Shown: positions 39,944 to 50,292 of the stretch, piece after piece
Numbering within the stretch: position 1 is the first letter of the stretch
Layout: each line of letters begins with the position of its first letter
NCBI GenBank assembly: GCA_934183165.1
Contig: CAKPRZ010000005.1
Span: 9,956-73,955, forward strand
Reading direction: 5' to 3'
Source: an uncultured Bacilli bacterium
Lineage (GTDB): Bacteria > Bacillota_I > Bacilli_A > RF39 > UBA660
Length of the DNA: 64,000 bases
Program-made: the position numbers and the translations under genes
The notes under the pieces: generated by a model
The model's input: the letters and a program-made list of their open reading frames with translations, nothing else
The model's database searches: none
What the model was told of the DNA's origin: nothing

Positions 39944-39966
39944 AAAGACTCAAGTCGAGTCTTTTT
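39942..39966. terminator. bidirectional intrinsic terminator
   Basis: AAAAAGACTC-aagtc-GAGTCTTTTT lies between convergent genes. Confidence 0.75.
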
Positions 39967-40285
39967 ATAATGAATTTGTATCATTTTTAATATCTCCTAA
40001 TGATTTGAACACTTTGTTTTCTAAAGCTTTATATAAAAAATCAGCCCCTAAAAAACTAAATAAACTACTCCAAATAGAAGAAATTAAATTTAAGGAAGAA
40101 AAAGTAAGTGCAAATAAGGTTCCAATTATAAGAGATACCACTAATGAAATTAATATACATGTATTACTACATTTGATAGAAAAGCTTTCTTTTACTTTCT
40201 GAACTAAATTTGTAATAATTAAACTGTTTATAATAGCCATAATTATTACATTTTTGAGCAATCCAAAATATATTATAATTATCAC
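39965..40285 (-). CDS. small 3-TM membrane protein, phage-holin-like (start uncertain)
   Basis: TM1, a LVQKVKE loop, TM2 (ISLVVSLIIGTLFAL), TM3 (ISSIWSSLFSFLG) and a polar charged tail. From memory this resembles A118/phiLC3-type holins. The GTG at 40285 is itself part of a GAGGTG SD, so the true start may be just downstream. Confidence 0.45.
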   Translation of the reverse strand: MIIIIYFGLLKNVIIMAIINSLIITNLVQKVKESFSIKCSNTCILISLVVSLIIGTLFALTFSSLNLISSIWSSLFSFLGADFLYKALENKVFKSLGDIKNDTNSL

Positions 40286-40337
40286 CTCAGTCTATCTTAT
40301 GCATCAAAAAAAGAGCAGGATATAATATATATCTATA

Positions 40338-43300
40338 TTATTCTACGCTCTTTAGTGATTCAATCATATCAATCTTTTTTAATGCAAAATATGTTGTTAT
40401 ATTTACTAATAATGTAAAAACAATAGTAATAACTAACGAAATAACGTAACTAGAAAATTTAATAGTATCATTAAACATAATTGGATCTAATTCACAGGTT
40501 TTTATTATAAATGTTGTTAATAATCTTCCTACAACCAATCCAATAATCATACCAATTATAGTTAAAATAGTTGTTTCTCGTCCAATATAATCATAAACTT
40601 CTTTATCATAAAATCCAAGCACTTTAATAGTTGCCAGTTCTCTTCGCCTTTCGCTTATATTTACATTAGATAAATTATATAAAACCACAAATGCTAAAAG
40701 TCCCGCCGAAATTATCAAAACACCAGCTACATAACTAAAGTTTTCCATTGTTGAATTAAATACATTTCTCATCGATGAATTAAAACTAACATTAGAAACA
40801 TAATTATTTTTTTTGATTTCATTAGCAAGTTTTACTTCTTCTTTTTCTGTAAGATTATCTGTATTAATAAATAAAGTATTATAATAATTACTGTTGTACA
40901 TACTTTTGGGCATGTAAATATAATGATAAAGATAATTTTCTGTTATAGCACCTATTTCACCACTATATTTATTTTCACCATTAAATTCAAGTTTATCTCC
41001 AACACTAAGATTTAATAGTTTAGCAATTTTTTCAGTAATAATAATTTTATCATTAAGTTCATATTTTGCACCATTTTTCCTATTACTCAAGCTAACAAAA
41101 TTATCAATATTATCAAAAGGTACTACTAATTGTATAGTTTGATTAGTTGTCTTATTATTTAATGTAACTGACTCTTTTAAGGCTTTTAAGGACTTATTTA
41201 CATGATTAATATTATTAATTCTTTCAGTTTCTTTATTTTTATCACTTATTGATACATCATCTTTAAATGTTATTTCTAGTTGATATTTAAAAACCTTTTC
41301 ATATTGATTTGGAACCATTCCTGTTATACAATCCCTAAGACCAAATCCTGCAACAATAAGTCCTGTACAACCAGCTATTCCGATTATAGTCATCAAAAAT
41401 CTTTTTTTATACCTAAAAACGTTTCTTACTGTTACTTTTTTTATAAAGTTTAGTTTTTTCCAAATAAACTTAACTTTTTCTAGCAATACCCTTTTCCCTG
41501 CCTTTGGAGATTTTGGTCTCATAAGTGATGCTGGAGTTTCCCTTAGATCTTTATAACAAACTGTAAGTGTGGCAAATAAAGTACACAATACCGCAATAAT
41601 TGTACCACTTAAGGCATATTTAATATCAAATGATGTAACTATATTGCCAACATTATACATCATACTATACATATTAAAAATAACAGTTGGTAAAATTTTA
41701 AATCCTATACAAACACCAATTATTGAACCAATTATAGTAGCAGTTAATGCATAAATCACATATTTAGACACTATTTGAGCATTATTATATCCCAGTGCTT
41801 TTAATGTACCTAGTTGGTTTCTTTCCTCTTCTACCATTCTTGTCATAGAAGTTAAACAAATCAAAATAGCTACAACAAAGAAAACCACTGGAAATACTTT
41901 TCCTATATTTTTAATTCTCAATGTATCTTCTCTATATTGATAAAATCCTAAATTACTATCATGATCCAATATATACCAAGTAGGTTTTTGTAATTCATTC
42001 AACTTATTTTTAGATCTTTTTATTTGATCTTCTGCATCAGAAAACTTTTCTGTTGCTTCTTTTTTCTTGTTTAAAAGAGTCTTTTCACTATTATTTATTT
42101 TAGATTTAGCAGCATTAAGCTGTTTCCTAGAATTAATTATTTGTTTGTTAAATTTTTCTTTAGCCGTATTAAAACTTGTTTCCTTATCAGAAATAGTTTT
42201 TTCAGTTGCTTCTAACTTAGCCTTGCTTTTTTGTAACAATTCCTCACTTTCTTGAAGTGTACTGTTAATTTGCATAATACTATTATTAATTGTCTCCAAT
42301 TGTATTGTTACGTTTTTATAAGTTTCTTGATAGACATTTAACGTTGATTGTTTTTCTTCTCTCAATGCAAGATTTTCTTCTACGTTAATACCATTATTAA
42401 TTTCATTATCTAAAAATTCTATTTCTTTTTTTAAAGTCAAAATTTTCTCTTCAACTTCAGAATTAGATATTTCAAGTTGCGTTTTTGAACTTTGTAATTT
42501 TTCTAACTCAATCATATATATTTTTTTGTTTTCACTAAATTCTTGCTCTTTTATTAATAAATTCTCTTGCTGAATAAACAGTTCTTTTTTAGCCTGTGTC
42601 AGTTTTTTCTCATTATCATTAAACTCTTTGTTAACTCTTTTTTCTTCAGCATTAATTTTATCTAAATTATTTTGATAATCTTTTTTTGCCCTTTTAATAC
42701 TACTTTCAGCTTCATTTACTTCAGATTCATATTTTCTTTTTGCATTTAATAGTTCTTCTTCCGAATCTTTTATTTTACTTTCAGCTTTTTCAAGTTCCTC
42801 TTTATATCTATTATCACCTAATGTACTTGTTATTTTTTTCAGTTTATTATTTTCCTTTTGTAATAAATTATCATATTTAGTAGAAAAGACACTATAATTA
42901 TTGTCTAATTTGATATATAAATTTGTATAATAATTAATATTAAAGTTATCAACTGGAACATACATATAAAATTTTATTTTACCAGCTAATAATTTTGTAG
43001 TCCCTCTTTCCAAAGATGTATATATAGGGCTTTTAATTATTCCTGTAATCATTAATTCTTTCTCATACAAGGTATCATCATTAACAATAATTTTGTCACC
43101 AATTTTATGAGATTTAGTATACTGGTTTTGTTCTATTACACATTCATTATTCTTCTGCGGCAATCTACCATCTAATAATATTAGTTTATTTATTTTATCT
43201 TTTTCATTATAAGAAATTACTTTTATTGCTTCTTCAGTTTCTGATTCAACTATTGCATCAAATTGATATGAAGGTTCAACATTATATCCATGTCCTTGAA

Positions 43301-43529
43301 AAGATTTAATGTCATTATTATCTATTCCCCAAGTAGACAATAAATTAAAATCCATAAAATTAGTATCTTTATAATATTTATCTAAAGTCTTTTTCATATT
43401 TGGACTAGTAACACGGATACCAGCAAAAAAGCCAACTCCAAGTAAAACTATTAAAAGAATAGAAATAAATCTTTTAAAGTTTTTCTTTATTGATACAAAG
43501 CTCTCTTTTAATAAAGTCTTCATTACCAT
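40338..43529 (-). CDS. MacB/FtsX-family ABC permease (two FtsX modules) with ~285-aa coiled-coil insert
   Basis: 1063 aa. TM1 and an extracytoplasmic domain are followed by a long heptad-like E/K/N/L-rich segment, an FtsX 3-TM block, and a second extracytoplasmic domain with its FtsX block. Confidence 0.8.
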   Translation of the reverse strand: MVMKTLLKESFVSIKKNFKRFISILLIVLLGVGFFAGIRVTSPNMKKTLDKYYKDTNFMDFNLLSTWGIDNNDIKSFQGHGYNVEPSYQFDAIVESETEEAIKVISYNEKDKINKLILLDGRLPQKNNECVIEQNQYTKSHKIGDKIIVNDDTLYEKELMITGIIKSPIYTSLERGTTKLLAGKIKFYMYVPVDNFNINYYTNLYIKLDNNYSVFSTKYDNLLQKENNKLKKITSTLGDNRYKEELEKAESKIKDSEEELLNAKRKYESEVNEAESSIKRAKKDYQNNLDKINAEEKRVNKEFNDNEKKLTQAKKELFIQQENLLIKEQEFSENKKIYMIELEKLQSSKTQLEISNSEVEEKILTLKKEIEFLDNEINNGINVEENLALREEKQSTLNVYQETYKNVTIQLETINNSIMQINSTLQESEELLQKSKAKLEATEKTISDKETSFNTAKEKFNKQIINSRKQLNAAKSKINNSEKTLLNKKKEATEKFSDAEDQIKRSKNKLNELQKPTWYILDHDSNLGFYQYREDTLRIKNIGKVFPVVFFVVAILICLTSMTRMVEEERNQLGTLKALGYNNAQIVSKYVIYALTATIIGSIIGVCIGFKILPTVIFNMYSMMYNVGNIVTSFDIKYALSGTIIAVLCTLFATLTVCYKDLRETPASLMRPKSPKAGKRVLLEKVKFIWKKLNFIKKVTVRNVFRYKKRFLMTIIGIAGCTGLIVAGFGLRDCITGMVPNQYEKVFKYQLEITFKDDVSISDKNKETERINNINHVNKSLKALKESVTLNNKTTNQTIQLVVPFDNIDNFVSLSNRKNGAKYELNDKIIITEKIAKLLNLSVGDKLEFNGENKYSGEIGAITENYLYHYIYMPKSMYNSNYYNTLFINTDNLTEKEEVKLANEIKKNNYVSNVSFNSSMRNVFNSTMENFSYVAGVLIISAGLLAFVVLYNLSNVNISERRRELATIKVLGFYDKEVYDYIGRETTILTIIGMIIGLVVGRLLTTFIIKTCELDPIMFNDTIKFSSYVISLVITIVFTLLVNITTYFALKKIDMIESLKSVE

Positions 43530-44224
43530 TCAATCCTTTCAACTGGTGTTGGATTTTTATTAATGATAATTTCTTCTACTGTTCCATTTTTGAATTTTAC
43601 CACTTTATTAGCCATTGGTGCAATTGCAGCATTATGAGTAATAATAATAACCGTAATTTTATCTTTTATAGCAACATCCTGCAATAATTTCAGAATCTGT
43701 TTACCAGTTAAATAATCTAGTGCTCCTGTTGGTTCATCACACAAAAGAATTTTAGGATTTTTTGCTATAGCACGTGCTATAGCAACTCTTTGTTGTTCAC
43801 CACCAGATAGTTGTGCTGGAAAATTATTTATTCTATCAGCCAAACCAACTTTTTCTAAAATATTCATAGGAGAAAGAGGATTTTTGCATATTTCCGTTGC
43901 CAATTCTACATTTTCAATTGTTGTAAGATTTTGAACCAAATTATAAAACTGAAATACAAAGCCTATATCATTTCGACGATATTTTATTAATTCTCTCTTA
44001 CTATATTTAGTGATATTATTACCAGCTACAATAACATTTCCACTAGTTGCACTATCCATTCCACCTAATATATTTAAGGCAGTGGTTTTACCGGCACCAC
44101 TTGGTCCTAAAATAACAACAAGTTCTCCTTTATCAACGTTAAAATTTGCATTATTTAGAGCTTTAACTTTTACTTCTCCTGTTATATATTCTTTTGTTAC
44201 ATTATCAAATTCTATATATGCCAT
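43523..44224 (-). CDS. ABC transporter ATP-binding protein (MacB/LolD type)
   Basis: [23 protein letters not shown] and [11 protein letters not shown]. Overlaps the permease start. Confidence 0.9.
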   Translation of the reverse strand: MAYIEFDNVTKEYITGEVKVKALNNANFNVDKGELVVILGPSGAGKTTALNILGGMDSATSGNVIVAGNNITKYSKRELIKYRRNDIGFVFQFYNLVQNLTTIENVELATEICKNPLSPMNILEKVGLADRINNFPAQLSGGEQQRVAIARAIAKNPKILLCDEPTGALDYLTGKQILKLLQDVAIKDKITVIIITHNAAIAPMANKVVKFKNGTVEEIIINKNPTPVERIEW

Positions 44225-44299
44225 ACTATTTCTCCTTATTTATAAATTGCTTGTATTCTATCATTTTTTGAATTAAAATGCAAATAAGTAAGGAAAACC

Positions 44300-47245
44300 T
44301 TACTTATTAATATTGTCTAATTTAACACTGACCAATTTAGAAACGCCTGATTCTTGCATAGTTATACCATATAATGTATTAGCATACTCCATTGTTTTCT
44401 TCTTATGTGTTATGATTAAAAATTGTGTTTTATCTTTATAATTATCCAAATACTTACCAAAATTATCAACGTTAGCTTCATCTAATGCTGCTTCTACCTC
44501 ATCAAAAAGACAAAATGGTATAGTTTTTATATTCAGTATAGCAAAAATCAAACAAATTGCTGTTAAAGTCTTTTCACCACCAGAAAGCAAATTAATTGAT
44601 GTTAATTTTTTACCAGGTGGAGAAGCAATAATATCTATTCCAGTTTCAAGAAGATCTTTAGGATCAGTTAATTTTAATGTTGCATGACCTCCATTAAATA
44701 ATTTTTTGAAGACATTTTCAAATTCAATCTGTATTTTATCAAAAGTTGATTTAAATTCTTCTTTCATAACTTCATCCATCTCAGTAATTATTTCAAGTAA
44801 TGTATCCTTTGCGTTTATTAAATCATTTTTTTGACTTGATAAAAACTCATAACGTTCGGATACATTTTTATAAGTTTCAATCGATTGAATATTAACCATT
44901 CCAATTTTTTTGATCTCACTTTTATATTCTCCTACCATTTGTCGGGCAACTTCTTCTTCGACTTCCAAAGAAAAATTGTTTTTAGCTCTTTCATATGTTA
45001 ATTCGTAGTCTTCACTTAATGTTGTCAAATAATTATCAAGTCTTATATCCATTTTATTAATAGATATTTCTAGATTTTTTAATTCTTTTTCTAGATTATA
45101 CAAATTACTGTTGTTAGCTTTATTAGTTGTTTCTATTGTTTCAATCATACTGTTAATTTTACTTTTTTCTTTTTGTAAATTAGTAATATTTTTTGAAACT
45201 TCTTCTTTTTTCCTTGATGCTTCATAAAATTCCGTCATTAATCGTTCTTCCTCTTTTGATAAGGAAGAATCTACTACATTGGACAGTGTAGAAAGTTCAC
45301 TTTTAATATTTATATATTCATCATTTAAAGTTCGGCTTGAATCATATTTATTATTTAATTTTTCTTTTAACTCTACTAAATTTCTTTGATCACTAGTTGT
45401 AGTCTCTTCAATATTTTTCAAATCATTTTGGCATTTCTGAATGCTTAAATTAATATCATCGATAATTTCTAATATTTCAGACTTTTTTGATTTAAATCTT
45501 AATAAATCCTGTTTATCCTTAAATATACTTCTTGATGTATTAGTACTTCCCCCAGTTATTGTTCCACCAACATGAATTATATCTCCATCTAATGTAACTA
45601 TTCGATATCTTTGATTTATTTTTTTACTTATTCTATTTGCACTATCAATATCATCTACTAAAATAACATTACCAAGCTGATTTGAAATAATATTATAATA
45701 TTTTTTATCATAATCAACTTTTTCTGATAATAATGAAATATATCCTTTATCGGCCATCAAAACATTAGTTGTATCAATATCTATACCTCTTGGTTTTATA
45801 ACAGAGATTGGAAAAAAAGTCGCTCTACCTAATCTGTTTTCTTTCAAATAATAAATAGCCTCTTTGGCACATTGTTCATCATCAACTACAATAAACTGTT
45901 TAGAAGCAGCTAGTGCAACATCAATTGCTTTTACATATTTATCATCAACACTAATTAAATTACCAAGTATTTGATGAATTCCTCTTAATTTAGGATTACT
46001 AAGAACAGCTTTAATGCTATTAATAGCTCCTCCTGAATTAATATAGTCAGTAGTTATATCTATTTTATGGGAAATATCAGATAATTCTATTTTTTTTGTG
46101 TTTAACTCATTAAATAAGCTAGTTAAATTATTTCTATTATTATCTAAATTTAACATTTTTTGGTTCAATGCCTTTGTTAAATTTTCTATTTCATTATTCA
46201 AATCATCAATATCTTTTTTATTTAAATAAATTTTATTCTCTAATTTTAATTTTTCTTCATTTAAAAATGAAATATTTTCATGAACGCGTACATCACTAGC
46301 ATCATATTTACTACGTTCTTTGAGAATTTTCTTTTCACCATTTAACCGTTCTTCTTCTTTAGTAAGCTCTAATAATTCTTGATTTGATGATTTTAATTCT
46401 TCTTCTATCTTGGCCAAATCATTTTTAGCATTTATTAATTTGGCATCAGATTTATTAGAATTAATACCTAAGGTCATTATTTCAGAATTTAATTTTTCTT
46501 GTTTTTCCTTGCTATTTTGATATAATTCATTTATTTTAGTTATTTCTGTTGCAATTAAAGCAACTTCAATATCTTTTAATTTTTCCTTTAAATTTAAATA
46601 TTTAGTTGCTTCTTCACTCTGTTCTTTTAAAGGAGCAATTTGAAGCTCAAGTTCACTAATAATATCATTTATTCTATCAAGATTATTATTGGTTTTTTCT
46701 AATTTTTTTATTGCTTCTTCTTTTCTTTTTTTATACTTTAATACACCGGCAGCGCTTTCAAAGATACTTCTTCTATCATATCCCGAATCTGATAAAATCT
46801 TTTGAACCTCACCTTGAGAAATAATATTAAAAGAACTTTTGCCAATACCGCTATCCAAAAACAATTCTGTAACATCTTTTAAACGACATTTTTCATTGTT
46901 AATAAAGTATTCATTTTCACCAGTTCTATAAACTCTTCTTTTTACAGTAATTTCATTATATGGCATATTTATATAATTATCTGAGTTATCAAAAGTTAAT
47001 GATACACTTGCTACATTAAGTGGCTTTCTATTTTTTGAACCAGAAAATATAATATCACTCATGCTAGAATCACCACGTAATGACTTTACAGACTGTTCTC
47101 CTAAAACCCATCTAACTGCATCTACAATATTGCTTTTCCCACTACCATTAGGTCCAACAATACAAGTAGTTTTACCATCAAGTGCAATAGTTATTTTATC
47201 AGCAAATGATTTAAAACCGGTTGCGCTTATTTCTTTCAAGTACAT
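44300..47245 (-). CDS. smc: chromosome segregation protein SMC
   Basis: GPNGSGKSNI head, long coiled coils, a hinge, then LSGGEKTL and LFDEVEAALD. Confidence 0.95.
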   Translation of the reverse strand: MYLKEISATGFKSFADKITIALDGKTTCIVGPNGSGKSNIVDAVRWVLGEQSVKSLRGDSSMSDIIFSGSKNRKPLNVASVSLTFDNSDNYINMPYNEITVKRRVYRTGENEYFINNEKCRLKDVTELFLDSGIGKSSFNIISQGEVQKILSDSGYDRRSIFESAAGVLKYKKRKEEAIKKLEKTNNNLDRINDIISELELQIAPLKEQSEEATKYLNLKEKLKDIEVALIATEITKINELYQNSKEKQEKLNSEIMTLGINSNKSDAKLINAKNDLAKIEEELKSSNQELLELTKEEERLNGEKKILKERSKYDASDVRVHENISFLNEEKLKLENKIYLNKKDIDDLNNEIENLTKALNQKMLNLDNNRNNLTSLFNELNTKKIELSDISHKIDITTDYINSGGAINSIKAVLSNPKLRGIHQILGNLISVDDKYVKAIDVALAASKQFIVVDDEQCAKEAIYYLKENRLGRATFFPISVIKPRGIDIDTTNVLMADKGYISLLSEKVDYDKKYYNIISNQLGNVILVDDIDSANRISKKINQRYRIVTLDGDIIHVGGTITGGSTNTSRSIFKDKQDLLRFKSKKSEILEIIDDINLSIQKCQNDLKNIEETTTSDQRNLVELKEKLNNKYDSSRTLNDEYINIKSELSTLSNVVDSSLSKEEERLMTEFYEASRKKEEVSKNITNLQKEKSKINSMIETIETTNKANNSNLYNLEKELKNLEISINKMDIRLDNYLTTLSEDYELTYERAKNNFSLEVEEEVARQMVGEYKSEIKKIGMVNIQSIETYKNVSERYEFLSSQKNDLINAKDTLLEIITEMDEVMKEEFKSTFDKIQIEFENVFKKLFNGGHATLKLTDPKDLLETGIDIIASPPGKKLTSINLLSGGEKTLTAICLIFAILNIKTIPFCLFDEVEAALDEANVDNFGKYLDNYKDKTQFLIITHKKKTMEYANTLYGITMQESGVSKLVSVKLDNINK

Positions 47246-47270
47246 ATTATCACCCTATCCATTAGTTAAA

Positions 47271-47299
47271 ATTATACTATAAAATCCATTGTTCGACAA
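47271..47299 (-). promoter_or_regulatory. sigma-A-like promoter of smc
   Basis: On the minus strand: TTGTCG, 17 nt, TATAAT. Confidence 0.45.
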
Positions 47300-47325
47300 T
47301 AAAAAGTGAGCTTTTACCTCACTTT
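47298..47325 (-). terminator. intrinsic terminator after hypothetical gene
   Basis: Stem AAAGTGAG/CTCACTTT with a T-run on the minus strand. Confidence 0.65.
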
Positions 47326-47340
47326 AGTATATTTTATAAT

Positions 47341-48054
47341 TTAATTCTTTTTAATTTTAGGAAATCCCGGTATTGTTAATTGATCACCTGTTAATGGTTC
47401 AGCAGTATAGGAAACAGGGTCACTAGGTTTTTCCTTCTTACTATAATCATTATAAGCAAGTAATATTCCTCTACATATGTGATATTGTTTTGCTTTGCTA
47501 GTTAATGCTTGTTTAGAATGAATGAATGCTTCCTTTGACTCTATATCTGGCCATACTTGTAAATTCTTTTGATAATATCTACTTTGGAGTATAGTATTTT
47601 TTATAGATAAGGTTTTGTAATATTCACTATTTAAATAGAATTTGTAAAAATCACTATCAATATTTATCAATTCTTCAACTAATCTGTTAACCACCGTTTG
47701 ATCTTCTACAACATCACGATAAGTCTTCATAGCAAGATTTAGTATACTTTGATTTCGAAAAACAGGATTTATTATATTTATATATCCATTATAAGGCAAT
47801 CCGATAAAAAATGTATGTATTTGATCAAAAGGGGTTATTAATCTGACAATATCATTGATGCCATCAAATGAATTTGTAAATTTGTCTATTTCTGATAGAT
47901 AAAACTTTCCTTTTTTTGCTGTTGAAATTCCACTATATTTTTCGGTTTCAATGCCTACTATTTTCTGGTGCTCTTCATAATTAGTAAAATCAATAATAAC
48001 TTGTTTATTTTTATATTTTGGTTCATACACTAAACAAAACTTCTTATATCCCAT
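47341..48054 (-). CDS. hypothetical protein (family shared with 63209..63772?)
   Basis: AGGAG SD 7 nt before ATG 48054. Has its own terminator. I recognise no domain. Confidence 0.6.
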   Translation of the reverse strand: MGYKKFCLVYEPKYKNKQVIIDFTNYEEHQKIVGIETEKYSGISTAKKGKFYLSEIDKFTNSFDGINDIVRLITPFDQIHTFFIGLPYNGYINIINPVFRNQSILNLAMKTYRDVVEDQTVVNRLVEELINIDSDFYKFYLNSEYYKTLSIKNTILQSRYYQKNLQVWPDIESKEAFIHSKQALTSKAKQYHICRGILLAYNDYSKKEKPSDPVSYTAEPLTGDQLTIPGFPKIKKN

Positions 48055-48077
48055 AAATGTACTCCTATATAGCCAGA

Positions 48078-48106
48078 ATATTAACATAAAATAGTATGGT
48101 TGTCAA
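48078..48106 (-). promoter_or_regulatory. possible internal promoter overlapping priA stop
   Basis: On the minus strand: TTGACA, 17 nt, TAATAT. Confidence 0.35.
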
Positions 48107-50280
48107 AAGTTATTAGGATTTATGTCAATATCAATCTTAATTTTATTATTACCGCGATAATGATCTATTAATGAATTAAGTGTTATTGGTATTTTGTCAT
48201 CTTTTTTATATTTAATTAAAATTCCAAACCTATATTTACCACCAAGCATAAATATATTACAAGTAGTTGGTCCCAAAATAATAGAAGAAGTTAATTCTTT
48301 TTTTAAGAAATTCCCAATTTTATTACTCTCTTTTGATACAATATCATAATCTTTACCAATTATTCTAACATAAATTAAGTAAAAGTAAGGAGGATATGAT
48401 AGTTTATGTCTTATATTCATTTCTTCTTTGAAAAATTCCAAATAATTATGGGTTTTAGCTAATTTAATGGCATAATGATTAGGATTAAATGTTTGAATTA
48501 TAACATTTCCTTCTTTACTTCCTCTTCCACTTCTGCCAGATGTTTGCATTAAAAGTTGAAATGTAGCTTCACTACTTGTATAATTTGGAATCATTAGTGA
48601 AGTATCTGCATTAATAATACCTACTAAAGTTACATTTTCAAAATCAAGACCTTTAGCAATCATCTGTGTTCCCAGTAAAATATCATATTTTTTATTTCTA
48701 AAATCCTCAATTATTCGTTCATGCGATCCTTTTCGAATAGTGGTATCTAAATCCATTCTTACTACTCTTGCTGAAGTTAACTTTTTTATTTCTTCTTCTA
48801 CTTTTTCAGTGCCAAGACCTAGATTTTTAATTGATTTTTCACCACAAGAAGGACAATTTTCTTGCATTTTATCAGCATAGCCACAGTAATGGCATCTTAA
48901 TGTATTTGAACTCTTATGATAAGTTAAAGTTATATCACAATGTGGACATTTCGCAGTATAACCGCAATTAGAACATGTAATGAAAGGAGCATATCCTCTT
49001 CTATTAAGCAATAAAATTACTTGTTCATGGCTATCAATACATTTTTGAATTGATGAAATTAATTTACTAGAAAATATTGCTCCTCTATTATGTTCCTTAC
49101 TCATATCAATTATTTCAACATGTGGAAGAGGTTTCCCATTAATTCTATTTTTTAAATCTATTTTTCGATAAATCCCTTTTAAAGCTTTAGCATATGACGT
49201 TACCGATGGTGTTGCACTTCCTAAAATAACCAAGGCATCATGATATTTGCTCCTATGAATAGCAATATCAATCGCATTATATTTAGGATTATTATCTTGT
49301 TTGTAACTACCTGTATGTTCTTCATCAATTATAATTGCACCGATATTTTTAAAAGGAGCAAAAATAGCACTTCTTGCACCAACTACAATATGAACTTTAC
49401 CACTGACAATTTTTCTATATTCGTCATATTTCTCACCTTCATTTAATTTGCTATGCAATATGGCAACTTCATCACCAAAACGTGATTTAAAATAATTAAC
49501 CATCTGGGGGGTAAGAGAAATTTCGGGAACAAGAAAAACACTATCTTTTCCCTCTTTTAACATTTGTTCAACAATTTCTAAATACACAGCTGTTTTGCCA
49601 CTTCCAGTCACACCATGTAATAGAAAAGTTTTACTTTGCCCTTGATATGATAATATTTCTTGCTTTGCCTTTTCTTGTTCATCAGTTAATTCAAACCTAT
49701 TTTTAACTTGACTAAAATTGGCATTAAATCGATAATATTCTTCTTCAAACTCTTCAATTATACCGTTTTTTAAAAGTGTTTTAACTGATGAAGCAGAAAT
49801 ATTATTTAAAATCTTCTTTTCAATTGGTGTACATTTTATCAATTCTTCTATTATTTTATTTTGACTGCTATTTAATTTTTCAAAATCAATTTCATCTTTA
49901 TTTAGCCTCAATCTAACGTAATTATTTGTTTTCTTTTTAATATTCGTATTATTTTGTGCTTTTAGAGCTTTTGGAAGCATCGTTTGATAACAAGAAATTA
50001 ATGTTGAATAATATGTTTTACTCATGTATTTGCCTAAGTTTAGTAATTCGTCTGTTAGTATTGGTTCTATATCAACTATATCAGTTATTGTTTTCAAATC
50101 ATAATTTGTAGTTTTAGTGGGAGATAGATCTATTACAAACCCTTCTAGTATTTGATGATTAAAAGGCACCTTTACTCTAATACCTATCTTTATATCAGAT
50201 TCTATTTTTTTTGGAACTATATAATCGAATGTCTTGTCTACATTAATATTTGATATTTCAATTAAAACCTTGGCAATCAT
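48103..50280 (-). CDS. priA: primosomal helicase PriA
   Basis: GVTGSGKT, DEEH and a Cys-rich zinc region (CSNCGY..CPHCD..CHYCGY..CPSCG). Confidence 0.95.
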   Translation of the reverse strand: MIAKVLIEISNINVDKTFDYIVPKKIESDIKIGIRVKVPFNHQILEGFVIDLSPTKTTNYDLKTITDIVDIEPILTDELLNLGKYMSKTYYSTLISCYQTMLPKALKAQNNTNIKKKTNNYVRLRLNKDEIDFEKLNSSQNKIIEELIKCTPIEKKILNNISASSVKTLLKNGIIEEFEEEYYRFNANFSQVKNRFELTDEQEKAKQEILSYQGQSKTFLLHGVTGSGKTAVYLEIVEQMLKEGKDSVFLVPEISLTPQMVNYFKSRFGDEVAILHSKLNEGEKYDEYRKIVSGKVHIVVGARSAIFAPFKNIGAIIIDEEHTGSYKQDNNPKYNAIDIAIHRSKYHDALVILGSATPSVTSYAKALKGIYRKIDLKNRINGKPLPHVEIIDMSKEHNRGAIFSSKLISSIQKCIDSHEQVILLLNRRGYAPFITCSNCGYTAKCPHCDITLTYHKSSNTLRCHYCGYADKMQENCPSCGEKSIKNLGLGTEKVEEEIKKLTSARVVRMDLDTTIRKGSHERIIEDFRNKKYDILLGTQMIAKGLDFENVTLVGIINADTSLMIPNYTSSEATFQLLMQTSGRSGRGSKEGNVIIQTFNPNHYAIKLAKTHNYLEFFKEEMNIRHKLSYPPYFYLIYVRIIGKDYDIVSKESNKIGNFLKKELTSSIILGPTTCNIFMLGGKYRFGILIKYKKDDKIPITLNSLIDHYRGNNKIKIDIDINPNNF

Positions 50281-50292
50281 GATACCTCCTTT

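Noticed and set aside
39915-40202. 95-aa plus-strand ORF crossing the ABC-2 permease stop
   Set aside because: It starts inside the permease gene, runs straight through the bidirectional terminator hairpin, and lacks an SD. The minus-strand holin-like membrane protein explains this DNA better.
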